From positions 54,064,001 through 54,128,000 of the forward strand of contig NC_058381.1 in assembly GCF_018350175.1 (NCBI RefSeq): a stretch of DNA of 64,000 nucleotides, in the 5' to 3' direction. This document shows, piece after piece, positions 56,561 to 63,011 of the stretch. How positions within the stretch are numbered: position 1 is the first letter of the stretch; every line of letters begins with the position of its first letter. Source of the stretch: Felis catus. Its lineage: Eukaryota. The notes beneath the pieces were generated by a model that was given only the letters and a program-made list of their open reading frames with translations, ran no database searches and was not told where the DNA came from. Made by a program: the position numbers and the translations under genes.

Positions 56561-58941
56561 CCCCAAGCAGGCTCCATGCTGTCAGTGCAGAGCCCGACGT
56601 GGGGCTCCACCCCACGAACCATGAGATCGTGACCTGAGCTAAAATCAGGAGTCGGACACTTCACCGACTGAGCCACCCAGGTGCCCCCGGGTTTGCATTT
56701 TTCAAGAGCTGTGACACTCTGTGGGAGGTCACCAGGGTTACTCCTGGGCAGGGGTCAACTCCCAACTCCCGGGCCACTGGCTTTGCTCTTAACTTTTCCA
56801 TTTCTGAAGAGCATGAGAGCGCCCCCCCCCCACCCCACCGCTCCCTGTGCGCCCCGGGGCCGCTAAGAAGCAGCACTGCCCTGGGCTGAGGAAGGATGGA
56901 GGGACGAGGAGGGAGGAATAGAGGGAGAGGCGAGGCTCCGTGAGATAAGTGAGGGCAGACAGAGCTGGTGGTGGGTAAAGTGGCAATTGCTCCTAGTAAA
57001 TTGGCTGGCAGGCAGGCAGGCTGGGGGATTTGTGTCAGTGACATGAACAGGGTTTTGAAGCTCAATCACTCGTGGGAGGAGAAATTAGCTGAAAACCAGT
57101 ACAAATCGCCGCGTGAGAGCAGGAGGCGAGTGGCGATGGGGTGGGGGAAACGGACAGCCGGGGGAGGCTTGGGCAGATAACGGGGGTCCGGAAGGGTCCT
57201 ACGCTCCTCCCTTGGGCCAGATGGAGGGTTGCGGGGGGCAGAGCTGAGATAGAGAAGAGAGGGAACGATGTTCACAGTGGGCCCCAGGATAGCTGGCTTA
57301 AGTCGGGGGAGGAGGTTGGGTTCTGGGGAGGAGCACCGAGTGGGGGGCTCTAACCTTTGGTGTCAGGGTAACCTGAGTCACTCAGGAAGACGGCCCGGCC
57401 TTGATGCAGACCGTGAACACTGCCTCTTCCACAATGACTGAATTCTATTGGACTCCAGGTATTCTGACCACTAGAGAATATATGGGGGAAAACATCTCCC
57501 TCTGATGATTAAATTCCTTTCTCTGTAGAAACAGCAGAGCCAGGTCATGGCTGGGCCCCAAGGCTACAGGGACCAGACTGAGACCTTGACCCAGGTCAAC
57601 GTCAGAGGTTACATCTGTGACCCTGAGAGGTCAGTATCTGGAATGGAACTCTCCTCCCGGCGTTCGGGTCTCTTTCTAGGCAGACTGGAACTTGGGAAGG
57701 AGAGAATTCTGTGGATACAGGAAGGGATTCTGCTGGTGGTCAGAAAGCCCAGGAAGGCACATGGTATGGCCGAGGAACGTTCTGGGCTGTATAGACACTG
57801 GCAGACAGAGGCCGGGATCAGGGGAAGGACACGGGAAGGCTCCATACGCAGACCAGCACCCTCATTTTTGCTGCTGGTGGCTGCGTCCCCATGCGACCGC
57901 GGGTGATAAATGAGACTTGCTTTTGGAGCAGGAGTGGTGCAGCTGTGGAGAGACGTGAACATCTGGCTCCCGCAGCTTGTGTGGTTGCTGGGCGGCTGCG
58001 ACACGCTCTGGCCCCACGTACTCTGTGCTTCCGGGCCTGCACTGGCTGCCTGAGCCACCCCACCCTCCTTCCCTATTCCAGGGGTGGAGCACAGAGGGAA
58101 GGGGCCTGGCTGGCTTTCGAGAATTAGGCCAGGGAGGGGTCCCCAGCATTTCCAGCAGGGATCAGACACCTGCCTTCAGTCTCAGCTGGACAAATACCTC
58201 TTGGCAAAGGAGATCTAAGGAGCCGACCCTTTTCATCTGCTACCGTCTATTCTCTGCCACTGGGGAGAGCTTTGCCTATCCATTCCAGGGTGCTGGGTGG
58301 TTTCTGGCAGAGACGCATTTTTAGGCAGGAGCCTGGGCAGAGAGCCTATGTTCCGAGAGAAGACGGCCCGCTCTGAGTAGCAGCAGCACTCTGTGTGTAC
58401 CCGCTGAGTAGAGGCTGCTAGTCTATTTCTCTAGGAACGAGTGCCCGGTCCCCTGCACGCTCTCCCTGTCAGCACCTGAATCCCAGAGGTGGCTATAACC
58501 CACACGTGCACACTCTCTCCGGCAGTCCCCGCCCTCCCTGGGCCTCCGGCCCTGCTGACAGCCAGCTAAGTGTCCCCTCCCCGATGCAGGATTTCCGTCT
58601 TGCCATGGGAACGGGATCCAGAACTCAGCTGCCTCCTTGCTCCCTCAGCTGGGTCTCCTCCTCCTATTCCTCAGAGGCCCCTCCCCGGCCCTCCTCCAGC
58701 CTCTCCGCTCCGCCACCATTCCATCTTCCCAACGACCCTCTGGAGCCCCGTTCCCAAGATTTAATGACGCGCTCCTCCATCCGTCCCAGGCCCGGCCGCT
58801 TACTTACTCTCCACGGCAAGAGTGATGGGCTGGCTGGTCTTGTTATCCCCGTTCTTGTCATTAACAGCCTGCACGTAGTAGCGGCCTGCGTCGGGAGCCA
58901 CCGTGGACAGGATGACGAGGGTGTTCTCCAGGGTGATGGCT
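770..58941 (-). CDS. SDK2: Sidekick-2 (SDK2), partial multi-exon gene, 32 coding exons (inferred exons 5-36), end of Ig2 to start of FN3-11
   Basis: Hand-spliced exons give a continuous 4501-nt frame with canonical AG/GT sites and matching phases. Peptides such as [71 protein letters not shown] and [19 protein letters not shown] match my recollection of SDK2 rather than SDK1. Confidence 0.97.
1029..1130 (-). CDS. SDK2: SDK2 exon 35 (102 nt), FN3-10 end
   Basis: cgcag|AC...G|gtgagc; (N)[33 protein letters not shown]. Confidence 0.95.
1996..2200 (+). mobile_element. Can-SINE (felid type), internally deleted
   Basis: Degenerate tRNA-derived head, ctcagagcctggagcctgcttc core, (CT)n and A-rich tail. 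Confidence 0.8.
2675..2680 (-). promoter_or_regulatory. RBFOX element UGCAUG at intron +12 to +17 after exon 34
   Basis: Transcript reads GTAAGTCTCCC-TGCATG. Confidence 0.55.
2692..2748 (-). CDS. SDK2: SDK2 exon 34 (57 nt, phase 1-1), FN3-10; probable cassette exon
   Basis: ccgtag|CC...A|gtaagt; (S)[18 protein letters not shown]. Confidence 0.92.
2799..2805 (-). promoter_or_regulatory. Consensus branch point / QKI-type element TACTAAC upstream of exon 34
   Basis: Plus-strand gttagta, about 50 nt upstream of the TAG acceptor. Confidence 0.55.
3885..3980 (+). mobile_element. L2 3' end relic
   Basis: gagggcagggacctctgtcttgttcactg...ggtgcttaataaat. Confidence 0.65.
4141..4276 (-). CDS. SDK2: SDK2 exon 33 (136 nt), FN3-10
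   Basis: tgcag|CCA...T|gtgagt; [45 protein letters not shown]. Confidence 0.95.
5505..5640 (+). mobile_element. MIR relic
   Basis: ccctgccactgactagctgtgtgacc...cctcatctgcagaagggg. Confidence 0.55.
5755..5825 (-). CDS. SDK2: SDK2 exon 32 (71 nt), FN3-10 start
   Basis: cccag|CC...CAG|gtatgg; (A)[23 protein letters not shown]. Confidence 0.95.
6269..6372 (-). CDS. SDK2: SDK2 exon 31 (104 nt), FN3-9 end
   Basis: catag|A...G|gtcagt; [34 protein letters not shown]. Confidence 0.95.
7264..7465 (-). CDS. SDK2: SDK2 exon 30 (202 nt), FN3-9
   Basis: cccag|AC...AG|gtgagg; (D)[66 protein letters not shown](R). Confidence 0.95.
8478..8672 (-). CDS. SDK2: SDK2 exon 29 (195 nt), FN3-8 second half
   Basis: tgcag|CT...G|gtgact; (A)[64 protein letters not shown]. 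Confidence 0.95.
9457..9732 (-). mobile_element. Can-SINE (felid type)
   Basis: Reverse complement of ggggtgcctgggtggctcagttggttaagcg...(CT)n...A tail. Confidence 0.9.
9733..9938 (-). mobile_element. Can-SINE (felid type), abutting the previous copy
   Basis: Ends gagccacccaggcgcccc; full body. Confidence 0.9.
10087..10185 (-). CDS. SDK2: SDK2 exon 28 (99 nt), FN3-8 first half
   Basis: tgcag|TC...G|gtaagc; [33 protein letters not shown]. Confidence 0.95.
11430..11619 (-). CDS. SDK2: SDK2 exon 27 (190 nt), FN3-7 second half
   Basis: ggcag|GTG...G|gtgagt; [63 protein letters not shown]. Confidence 0.95.
12276..12391 (-). CDS. SDK2: SDK2 exon 26 (116 nt), FN3-7 first half
   Basis: ctcag|TC...AAG|gtgagt; [39 protein letters not shown]. 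Confidence 0.95.
13113..13350 (-). CDS. SDK2: SDK2 exon 25 (238 nt), FN3-6
   Basis: cgcag|CCT...G|gtacca; [79 protein letters not shown]. Confidence 0.95.
15105..15335 (+). mobile_element. MIR relic
   Basis: cttgggtcagttatttgacttctctctgcctcagtttcctcatctgtaa...taaagcactcagaacagtgcc. Confidence 0.65.
15490..15660 (+). mobile_element. MIR relic
   Basis: taacctctctgagcctcggttttct...ggattactgggaggattaaatg. Confidence 0.65.
15883..16033 (-). CDS. SDK2: SDK2 exon 24 (151 nt), FN3-5 end and FN3-6 start
   Basis: cgcag|C...ATG|gtgagg; [50 protein letters not shown]. Confidence 0.95.
16157..16266 (-). CDS. SDK2: SDK2 exon 23 (110 nt), FN3-5 middle
   Basis: tccag|GTA...AG|gtacca; [36 protein letters not shown](S). 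Confidence 0.95.
16440..16615 (+). mobile_element. MER5-family relic
   Basis: gcatcagaat...catcagaatcccttggg...ccaggaatatgtgtgtttaacgagctcaccaggtgattctg. Confidence 0.6.
16906..17027 (-). CDS. SDK2: SDK2 exon 22 (122 nt), FN3-5 start
   Basis: tccag|AA...CAG|gtaaaa; (E)[40 protein letters not shown]. Confidence 0.95.
17455..17690 (+). mobile_element. MIR relic
   Basis: gggaagtcacctaacctttctgtgccagtttcctc...gttgtgaggactgaaatga. Confidence 0.65.
17800..17925 (-). mobile_element. MIR relic
   Basis: acagatggggaaactgaggcacagagg...acttgcccaaggtcgcacag-like. Confidence 0.65.
17959..18157 (+). mobile_element. Can-SINE with 13-bp TSD
   Basis: TSD attattcccacct at 17945-17957 and 18158-18170. Confidence 0.92.
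18571..18762 (-). CDS. SDK2: SDK2 exon 21 (192 nt), FN3-4 second half
   Basis: cccag|GG...G|gtgggt; (G)[63 protein letters not shown]. Confidence 0.95.
19135..19233 (-). CDS. SDK2: SDK2 exon 20 (99 nt), FN3-4 first half
   Basis: tacag|TG...G|gtaggt; [33 protein letters not shown]. Confidence 0.95.
19438..19633 (-). CDS. SDK2: SDK2 exon 19 (196 nt), FN3-3 second half
   Basis: cccag|CTG...G|gtaggc; [65 protein letters not shown]. Confidence 0.95.
20500..21260. promoter_or_regulatory. Candidate intronic enhancer / conserved non-coding element (homeodomain-site rich)
   Basis: Non-repetitive AT-rich island with many TAAT/ATTA cores and a CAAGATGGCGGC (YY1-type) motif. Confidence 0.5.
21890..22030 (+). 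mobile_element. MIR relic
   Basis: acttactgtgtgaccctgggaaagtctcgcaacctctccgagcctcag. Confidence 0.6.
22150..25020 (+). mobile_element. Ancient L1 (L1MC/L1ME-like) fragments
   Basis: A-rich; ccggaaacaatccaaatgtc ORF2-end motif; gaatctgatcaagcctctag...caatcagcaaaatccaggctgtgg 3' UTR motif. Confidence 0.6.
22773..22973 (+). mobile_element. Can-SINE (older subfamily)
   Basis: ggggctcctgggtggctcagtcagtgaagcatccgactcttgg; aaagaaa(c/t)ga flanks. Confidence 0.85.
25320..25525 (+). mobile_element. Can-SINE
   Basis: gggtggctcagtcggtcgaacgtctgact...cagcccgtcagcacagagcc...(CT)n, A tail. Confidence 0.85.
26322..26808 (-). mobile_element. Nested Can-SINEs: young copy 26367-26586 inserted in the tail of a host copy
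   Basis: TSD tattgcgaagaattt at 26352 and 26587; two full SINE bodies. Confidence 0.9.
26871..27238 (+). mobile_element. ERVL-MaLR solo LTR (MLT1B-like)
   Basis: TG...CA ends; tgccacgggctgaaccgtgtctccc...gatgtgactgtatttgga...acaccttgatct...agacgaataca. Confidence 0.85.
27250..27560 (-). mobile_element. MIR relic
   Basis: attatctcatttaatcctcac...acaaatgaggaaat...gacttgtccaggg. Confidence 0.6.
27787..27809. repeat. Poly-C run (poly-G on the transcribed strand)
   Basis: About 22 consecutive C. Confidence 0.9.
27995..28110 (-). CDS. SDK2: SDK2 exon 18 (116 nt), FN3-3 first half
   Basis: tccag|TC...AAG|gtatgt; [39 protein letters not shown]. Confidence 0.95.
28653..28834 (-). CDS. SDK2: SDK2 exon 17 (182 nt), FN3-2 second half
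   Basis: ctcag|G...G|gtgggt; [60 protein letters not shown]. Confidence 0.95.
28900..29066 (+). mobile_element. MER3-like hAT MITE
   Basis: cgctgtccaatatggcagcc...gcacttgaaacgtgg...ctggatagcacag. Confidence 0.7.
29451..29628 (+). mobile_element. MER5A-like hAT-Charlie MITE
   Basis: 16-bp perfect TIRs agcggtggttctcaga / tctgagaaccaccgct; internal gcttgttaaaacacaggtttgctgggcccaccccagagttt. Confidence 0.85.
30317..30457 (-). CDS. SDK2: SDK2 exon 16 (141 nt), FN3-2 first half
   Basis: tccag|G...AG|gtaggc; [46 protein letters not shown](R). Confidence 0.95.
   Translation of the reverse strand, partial: GLPSRGTPHGPSAERHRQRPDQPVHHDPVAAASGEPPEWPPQGLHH
30490..30716 (+). mobile_element. Can-SINE (older type)
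   Basis: Degenerate head, (CT)n, aataaataaacattaaaaaaa; flanked by aagagtgggtg. Confidence 0.88.
30730..30936 (+). mobile_element. Can-SINE (felid type)
   Basis: ggggtgcctgggtggctccgtcggttaagcg; flanked by aagagtgggtg. Confidence 0.9.
31030..31150 (+). mobile_element. MIR relic
   Basis: ttgggcaagtcacttaacctctctgagctt...ggttgaggttcaaatga. Confidence 0.65.
31185..31405 (+). mobile_element. Can-SINE
   Basis: Full head, body and A tail; imperfect TSD aaaac(gc/at)tata. Confidence 0.9.
31540..31800. promoter_or_regulatory. Candidate internal promoter or enhancer (CpG-rich, GC box, NRF1, ETS)
   Basis: GGGCGGGGC 31617-31625, GCGCGTGCGC 31633-31642, palindrome CGCTTCCGGAAGCG 31655-31668. Confidence 0.4.
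32015..32135 (+). mobile_element. L2 3' end relic
   Basis: cagcctggcacatagtaggtgttcaat...gtgaat. Confidence 0.65.
32363..32520. other. Assembly gap (N)
   Basis: N run inside L1, intron 15. Confidence 1.
32788..32995 (+). mobile_element. Can-SINE inserted in L1
   Basis: ggggtgcccgggtggctcggttggttgagcgtccgactcttgg; interrupts L1 ORF2. Confidence 0.88.
33632..33847 (+). mobile_element. Can-SINE inserted in L1
   Basis: TSD atccatccacagga on both sides. Confidence 0.92.
34999..35146 (-). CDS. SDK2: SDK2 exon 15 (148 nt), FN3-1 second half
   Basis: tgtag|AT...AG|gtgagg; (N)[48 protein letters not shown](R). Confidence 0.95.
35729..35865 (-). CDS. SDK2: SDK2 exon 14 (137 nt), FN3-1 first half
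   Basis: cccag|G...A|gtaagg; [45 protein letters not shown]. Confidence 0.95.
36113..36289 (-). CDS. SDK2: SDK2 exon 13 (177 nt), Ig6
   Basis: ctcag|G...AG|gtaagg; [58 protein letters not shown](R). Confidence 0.95.
37106..37324 (+). mobile_element. Young Can-SINE with intact TSD
   Basis: TSD aaagctaggtttaa at 37092-37105 and 37325-37338; long A tail; gggctgatggc variant. Confidence 0.95.
37495..37730 (+). mobile_element. MIR relic
   Basis: gggcctcagtgtcctcatctgtc...ggttgctctaaggattgtgtgagttaat...tcaatagaagttagtc. Confidence 0.6.
37740..38150 (-). mobile_element. Ancient L1 fragment
   Basis: aatgctgcgatgaacatccttg...tttcctcgaggatacg...gaaattgcggagtt resembles the reverse complement of the ORF2 3' end. 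Confidence 0.55.
38188..38413 (+). mobile_element. Can-SINE
   Basis: ggggctcctgagtggctcagg; imperfect TSD aaacagct(t/c)atg. Confidence 0.87.
38624..38835 (+). mobile_element. MER58A-like hAT MITE
   Basis: ccgcctgtttgtgtaaataaagttttattggaacacag...tactctctggccctttacagaacaagtt. Confidence 0.85.
38999..39214 (-). mobile_element. Can-SINE with 18-bp TSD
   Basis: TSD tcaaccaaccaactttta at 38981-38998 and 39216-39233. Confidence 0.92.
39429..39634 (+). mobile_element. Can-SINE
   Basis: Head ggggcgactgggtgggtcag; TSD aaaatat(c/t)gcagt. Confidence 0.87.
39652..39691. repeat. (GT)n microsatellite, about 20 units
   Basis: Pure dinucleotide run. Confidence 0.95.
39831..40388. other. Assembly gap (N)
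   Basis: N run, intron 12. Confidence 1.
40487..40720 (+). mobile_element. Can-SINE
   Basis: Full consensus-like body and tail. Confidence 0.9.
40764..40984 (+). mobile_element. Can-SINE
   Basis: Full body, tandem with the previous copy. Confidence 0.9.
40990..41460 (+). mobile_element. Ancient L1ME-like 3' end
   Basis: aattgaaaaacaatccaaatatccagcattagggaattgg...gcttatctgcactttctacgtttt. Confidence 0.5.
41934..42141 (+). mobile_element. Can-SINE
   Basis: TSD tct(g/a)gagaatg. Confidence 0.9.
42620..42746 (+). mobile_element. Short 3' stub of a young felid-type L1
   Basis: gggtgatgggtattgaggagggcaccttttgggatgagcactggatgttgtatggaaaccaatttgacaataaa plus poly-A; TSD gtctaggaaccct. Confidence 0.9.
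42842..42860 (+). promoter_or_regulatory. Candidate CTCF site
   Basis: tggccaccagatggcgcc closely matches the CTCF core (TGGCCACCAGRKGGCGC). Confidence 0.6.
43017..43119 (-). CDS. SDK2: SDK2 exon 12 (103 nt), Ig6 start
   Basis: ttcag|CC...AG|gtactc; (A)[33 protein letters not shown](R). Confidence 0.95.
43609..43822 (+). mobile_element. MER58A-like hAT MITE (diverged)
   Basis: cactacggtcgggggccgagtccggcc...ggaacacagcc...cagcctaaaagagttactctctggccctttac. Confidence 0.7.
44072..44239 (-). CDS. SDK2: SDK2 exon 11 (168 nt), Ig5
   Basis: ctcag|GG...G|gtgagt; (G)[55 protein letters not shown]. Confidence 0.95.
45550..45655 (-). mobile_element. MIR relic
   Basis: tttacagacagggatcctgaggctcggag...tcacccaaggtcacag...gttgagcccag. 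Confidence 0.6.
45832..45948 (-). CDS. SDK2: SDK2 exon 10 (117 nt), Ig5 start
   Basis: tgcag|GC...G|gtagat; (S)[38 protein letters not shown]. Confidence 0.95.
47169..47363 (-). CDS. SDK2: SDK2 exon 9 (195 nt), Ig4
   Basis: cctag|GT...A|gtaagt; (G)[64 protein letters not shown]. Confidence 0.95.
47628..47819 (-). mobile_element. Can-SINE, older carnivore-wide type
   Basis: ...aagcaggctccatgcacagcgtggagcccgatgaggggctcgatcccatgac...gagccacccagacgcccc. Confidence 0.82.
47845..48055 (-). mobile_element. Can-SINE (felid type)
   Basis: Full body; taactg-containing flanks. Confidence 0.9.
48450..48628 (+). mobile_element. MER104-like (TcMar-Tc2) relic
   Basis: gtatttcatc...ttctttcttagtggcacataaaataatgg...cgatgaaat terminal symmetry. 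Confidence 0.55.
48670..48795 (+). mobile_element. L2 3' end relic
   Basis: gggcaaggattt...ttcattctgtatctccccagc...gtctgttgggtgaacgaatgg. Confidence 0.55.
49467..49550 (-). CDS. SDK2: SDK2 exon 8 (84 nt), Ig4 start
   Basis: tgcag|AA...G|gtaaca; (E)[27 protein letters not shown]. Confidence 0.95.
49718..49908 (-). CDS. SDK2: SDK2 exon 7 (191 nt), Ig3
   Basis: tccag|G...G|gtgagc; [63 protein letters not shown]. Confidence 0.95.
51548..51659 (-). CDS. SDK2: SDK2 exon 6 (112 nt), Ig3 start
   Basis: tccag|AT...AG|gtgggt; (N)[36 protein letters not shown](R). Confidence 0.95.
52001..52438 (+). mobile_element. ERVL-MaLR solo LTR (MLT1C-like)
   Basis: gtgaccttattgggaaacagagtctttgcagacataatcaagttaagatgagg...ggtactttgttatagc...gaataca. 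Confidence 0.85.
52468..52805 (+). mobile_element. ERVL-MaLR solo LTR (MLT1A-like)
   Basis: tgctttggaccgaattctgtccc...tacgttgaagccctgacccc...gtgaggacacggcgagaaggcggc...gcagcccgagctaacaca. Confidence 0.82.
53029..53242 (-). mobile_element. Young Can-SINE with 18-bp TSD
   Basis: TSD ttgccttttctatttttt at 53011 and 53243; gtggcgcag and gggctgatggc variants. Confidence 0.95.
53646..53777. other. Assembly gap (N)
   Basis: N run, intron 5. Confidence 1.
54600..54790 (-). mobile_element. MIR relic
   Basis: attatcgtcatcccacaatttacagatgagaaagcagagac. Confidence 0.55.
55587..55803 (-). mobile_element. Can-SINE
   Basis: TSD ccctggctgattt on both sides. Confidence 0.9.
56020..56452 (+). mobile_element. 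Charlie1/MER33-family DNA transposon fragment
   Basis: tctaaacacagatcacgtatttcggatgaaaa...ttgagatgtgctccaagtgtaaaatac...aatattttggatatgttgggt...aaaattaacttc. Confidence 0.75.
56453..56687 (-). mobile_element. Can-SINE with expanded (GA)n, inserted in a Charlie relic
   Basis: Body plus about 40 bp of pure GA repeat. Confidence 0.88.
58808..58941 (-). CDS. SDK2: SDK2 exon 5 (134 nt), Ig2 C-terminal half
   Basis: ctcag|A...GAG A|gtaagt; (I)[44 protein letters not shown]. Confidence 0.95.
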
Positions 58942-59266
58942 CTGAGCAGAGGAAAAAGATTTGTCTGACAGGGGCCCAGGGGCTCTGAGCATCGGAGGAT
59001 GGGAGCGAGGACAAGAAGCTGGTGGCTCCCGGAGCCCCTGCTCCAGCCCATCTCCTGGGACCACTTCCCGCCTAAACTTTAGCACATTTCGTTTGTAGAG
59101 AATCTGAATGTACTGCCAGCGTGGGGCGGGGTCAGACCCAAGTCCAGCACATGCACGGAGGCCCGAGACGGTCCACATGAAGCTTCCCGGCCCCCCCCCC
59201 GACACCTGGCCCAGGATGTCTGAGCCCCCCATGTGTTCTGTCCTTTCCCATGTCATAGCTTTGATG

Positions 59267-59267
<1 letters not shown>

Positions 59268-59310
<43 letters not shown>
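59268..59310. repeat. (TG)n microsatellite, about 21 units
   Basis: Pure dinucleotide run. Confidence 0.95.
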
Positions 59311-59312
<2 letters not shown>

Positions 59313-59828
59313 ATCTCTGCACCAAAGAAATCCATTCACTGGAATGAATGAATGGATGAATGCATGGTGATGATAATGAATTTAGAAATGAGCAGGATCA
59401 TTCCAGAATCAATGCCTTCACCTAGTCCTACATTTGTTCAGATGGATTCCAAAGCCACAGGTTTGCCTATAACACAGATGATGGGGGTTCACCTCTCCCT
59501 CCAGCCCCCTCCCAGGGTATCAGTTTCTACCTCCCTGAAGCTGGTCACCAAGGGTGAGACTGGCTGGGCTGGCTGAAAAGGGAAGAGGAGGCCAGCCGGG
59601 CAGTGGGGTGCAGGCTTTCTCTGCGGGGCTCCCATCATTCAGCCCCTCAGCCCCTGGTCTGCAGGCAGGGAAAGGGGTCCGTCCAGGCAGGAAGCTGGGG
59701 GCCCCATCCGACGTGGGTGAGACAGCACCGGGAGCCTTGCCCACGCCCGCTCTGCCCGGCTCCCCCTCTCACCCATTCTCTTGATGACAAACAAAACCAT
59801 TAGTTTGTCAAGTCTATCTTGGATTTTA

Positions 59829-59977
59829 NNNNNNNNNNNNNNNNNNNNNNNNNNNNNNNNNNNNNNNNNNNNNNNNNNNNNNNNNNNNNNNNNNNNNNNN
59901 NNNNNNNNNNNNNNNNNNNNNNNNNNNNNNNNNNNNNNNNNNNNNNNNNNNNNNNNNNNNNNNNNNNNNNNNNNNNN
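59829..59977. other. Assembly gap (N)
   Basis: N run, intron 4. Confidence 1.
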
Positions 59978-62900
59978 CCAGCCGGGCTGTGCTGGTTTCC
60001 TCTCTCCTGATTTTGGGGGTTCATGGCCTGAGTCACGTCGTCAGCAGAGCTCTGGGGAAATAGGAGAGAAAAGTCGTCCTGCCCCATTTTTCTTTTCCCC
60101 TGGAGGAAAACAACCCTCTAGCTAATGAGCTCATGGGAGGTACAACAAAGCCAGTGGGTCCTTGTCCTTTGGTGTTGTCTGCGGGGCGGGCAGGCGTGCG
60201 GGAGGAAGACTGGGCCGTGTCAAGGGCAGAATGAGTTTGGTCCCAGCCTCTAAGGCAGCACACAACCTCCTCCCTGCTGGGCCTCAGTCTCCACATCTGT
60301 GAAGGGGGTGGGGGAAGAAATGTTTGTGAAGCTCCCTCCCAGCCCTGAGGTTGAGCGATTCTGATTCCTGTCACTGCTTTGGTTCTGGCCCCATCTGGCC
60401 CGAGGCTGTCACCCTCCGTCTCGGGCAGCCCTCGCCTGCCACATGGTCCAACGTCAGGGCTAATCTGGTGAGCAGCGGTGCCCCTGGACCACGTCACTGA
60501 AGCCCCCCACCCTCTCCATCACCACGGCACTGGAGACTCGGGTGGAACAGAGCCCCTGGTGGGTTGGGAGCGCCGGGTGCCCCTGGGTCCCACTCCCCAG
60601 TGCATCTACTGCCCCGAACCCCCCCTTGCCTCCGCAGAGGGTCTCCACCTCCAATGTGCTCTCTCCTGGGCGATGAAGACCCACCCCACCCACCGATCTC
60701 TCCTTTTGATCTCTTTTGCCTATATTATGATGGATCCTCAGTGGTTCTTACCCAGGGGCACAACAGGGACTTATTGGACCCCAAGTGTGGGTTGTGCCGT
60801 CGCTGAGATGCGCTGGCCTGGGTGAGATGGAAGTTCATTTACCTGTTTCAGGCGCCCCTGCCATTGAGGGGAAGGCGGTGGGACAGCGGGGCTGGGCTGG
60901 CGGCTATACGGTGCAAGGTGTGTGCACTACCTCCAGGCTCAGACCCTAAGAACCCCCCCCCCCCGTGCGAGTCCTAGGTTCTCCCCTCTGTCAGAGCAGG
61001 GCAGCTCTGAAGCCCAGTGTCGAGGATGGCAGAGGCCCCAAATGACACTGGAGAAGCGACCCTCCCATCTCTTGCCTGTGCCAGGACTTTAGATGAGTGT
61101 GAAATCCACTTCCCTGGTGCTAAGTCCCTGGGATTTGGGAGGGGGGGGTGTCTGTAAGTGCAGTTGGCATCGCCTTGACCAGCACTCGAGGCAAGGAAAG
61201 CATTCTGCGCTGGGGCCCCCCGGGCCGGGGGCGGCGCTCTGAATGTGGACTGGAACGTGGCGGGCAGACGGGCTGGGAAGCACTGATGACTTTGGCCTGC
61301 CCTCCCTCCACCCTCAGCAGGGGGCTGAGGTCCGTGGACTTCAAGCCTTCTGCGGGATGACCACCCCCTTGATAGATGGTTCTGGAATGGGCCTGTACCT
61401 CACTTCCAGAGTCCACAGAGCTACCTCTGGTACTCAAAAGGACTTCTGGCCTGCTGCATCCCAGATACGCCCACTCCCGAAGAAGCTGGAGGTCAGGGTT
61501 CAACTCTCGGGCAGGGGCTGGGCTGCATTCTTCAGCCACACTCCTCTGGTTCCAATTTACTAGGTCTTTCCCTCTTCCCTGATTGGCCCAGCTCCCAACC
61601 CCACCTCCCATCCACTACCCCTATTAAGCCAGCCCTTTTTTCCCTCAGGTCCACGGGGGCCCAATTGATAATTTCATTAAGAATAAAAGAAATCATCCCA
61701 GAACCTGACCAAAGCCCCCAGCATGTGTCTTTGTTGGGAATCTTGTCTCCTTTTCAGCAACGGGCACCAGGGCACAGGCGGAGTGTGGCTCATCGCCGTC
61801 TCTGTCCCAGCAGGGAGAGCAGCCTTCTGGAGATAGCACCCGCCTCCAGCACCCCTGCACGCCCCTCTGGCTGATCGCGCCCATCAGATGTGTATCTCTG
61901 GCAAACAGACGCCAGAGAATTTGCTTCCAGGGACCTTTCCTCTCAGCTATGAATATTAATCTGCTGTAATTGCGGAGATAAAATCTCCAGTGTTCTCTCC
62001 TGCGTTTGGCTGGAGTGCTGGTGGGGGTGGGAAGGTGGTGGGTGTGACCACGAGGGCGGGCACGTGTGTGTAAGCCAGGATCATTCTGTCCTGGTGCCAG
62101 AGGCCGCTGGGAACGAAAAGGGGGTGAGGACAGAGGGCAGGAGTGAGAAAAGGGGGTGGCAAGGTGTTAGGCAAGGGGTGATGGGAGTGAGGCTTTCATC
62201 CGCCACGGCAAACACGGTAGAGGGGTGCCTACGAGCCCTCCCCGCAGCCACGGCACACGCCATCGAACCGTCACGGCACTGCCCTTGCCACGGAGTCTGG
62301 ATGGGGCCCCAGTATCCTTCTCAACACCGTCTTCCAGGCAGCCTCTGCCAACGGACTGGCCTGCAGGATGCCATCACTGATACGCCTGGAGCTGTGTGAG
62401 AACCTCAGAGAAGGCAGGACTCATTCACCCGTCTCCGCACCCGTGTGGCAAAGCATCCCCTTGCTGAGACGCAGCCCAGCATCTGTGTCAATGGTAACCC
62501 CTGATCTGCTGGCCTCACTGACCCTTAGGCCTGAGGAAGCATGAGCCCCCTCGCAGCATGAGTCAGGCCGTCCCTGTGTTAACCCCGGGGTCAACTCCAA
62601 AGTTTCACCTGCCCCGTATCCACACCCTTTGGCGTGTGACTTCATGGGTCTTCCCACTCAAGACGCAGAGTTAATCCCCCCTCTTCTTGAGGTTGACTTT
62701 TACCACGTGACCCTCTTCTACCATCAGGATGTTAGCAGAGGCTGGGTAAGTAGGTCTCCGTTCCCGCTTCCTCCCTGGTCCTCTGTCATTGCCAGAAGAA
62801 GCCGGGGCTAGCCGACTGGGGGACGGTACATATGGAGCAGAGTGGCCTGGTTGTTTTAATTCATCAAGAGCCAGGCGACCCCAGGCAAGTGAGAGAGTCC

Positions 62901-63011
62901 AGCCAAGGGCCCCATCGGCAGATTCACATGACAAGTGAATGCTTACTGCTTCGGGTCCCTGGGACCTTTTGTTACGCAGCAGTATTATATCTGTAGCTAA
63001 TGGATCTAACC

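Noticed and set aside
32363-59977. Possibility that the N gaps hide SDK2 exons
   Set aside because: The exon chain is continuous in phase and in peptide sequence across every gap between exons 5 and 36; only an extra alternative exon cannot be excluded.
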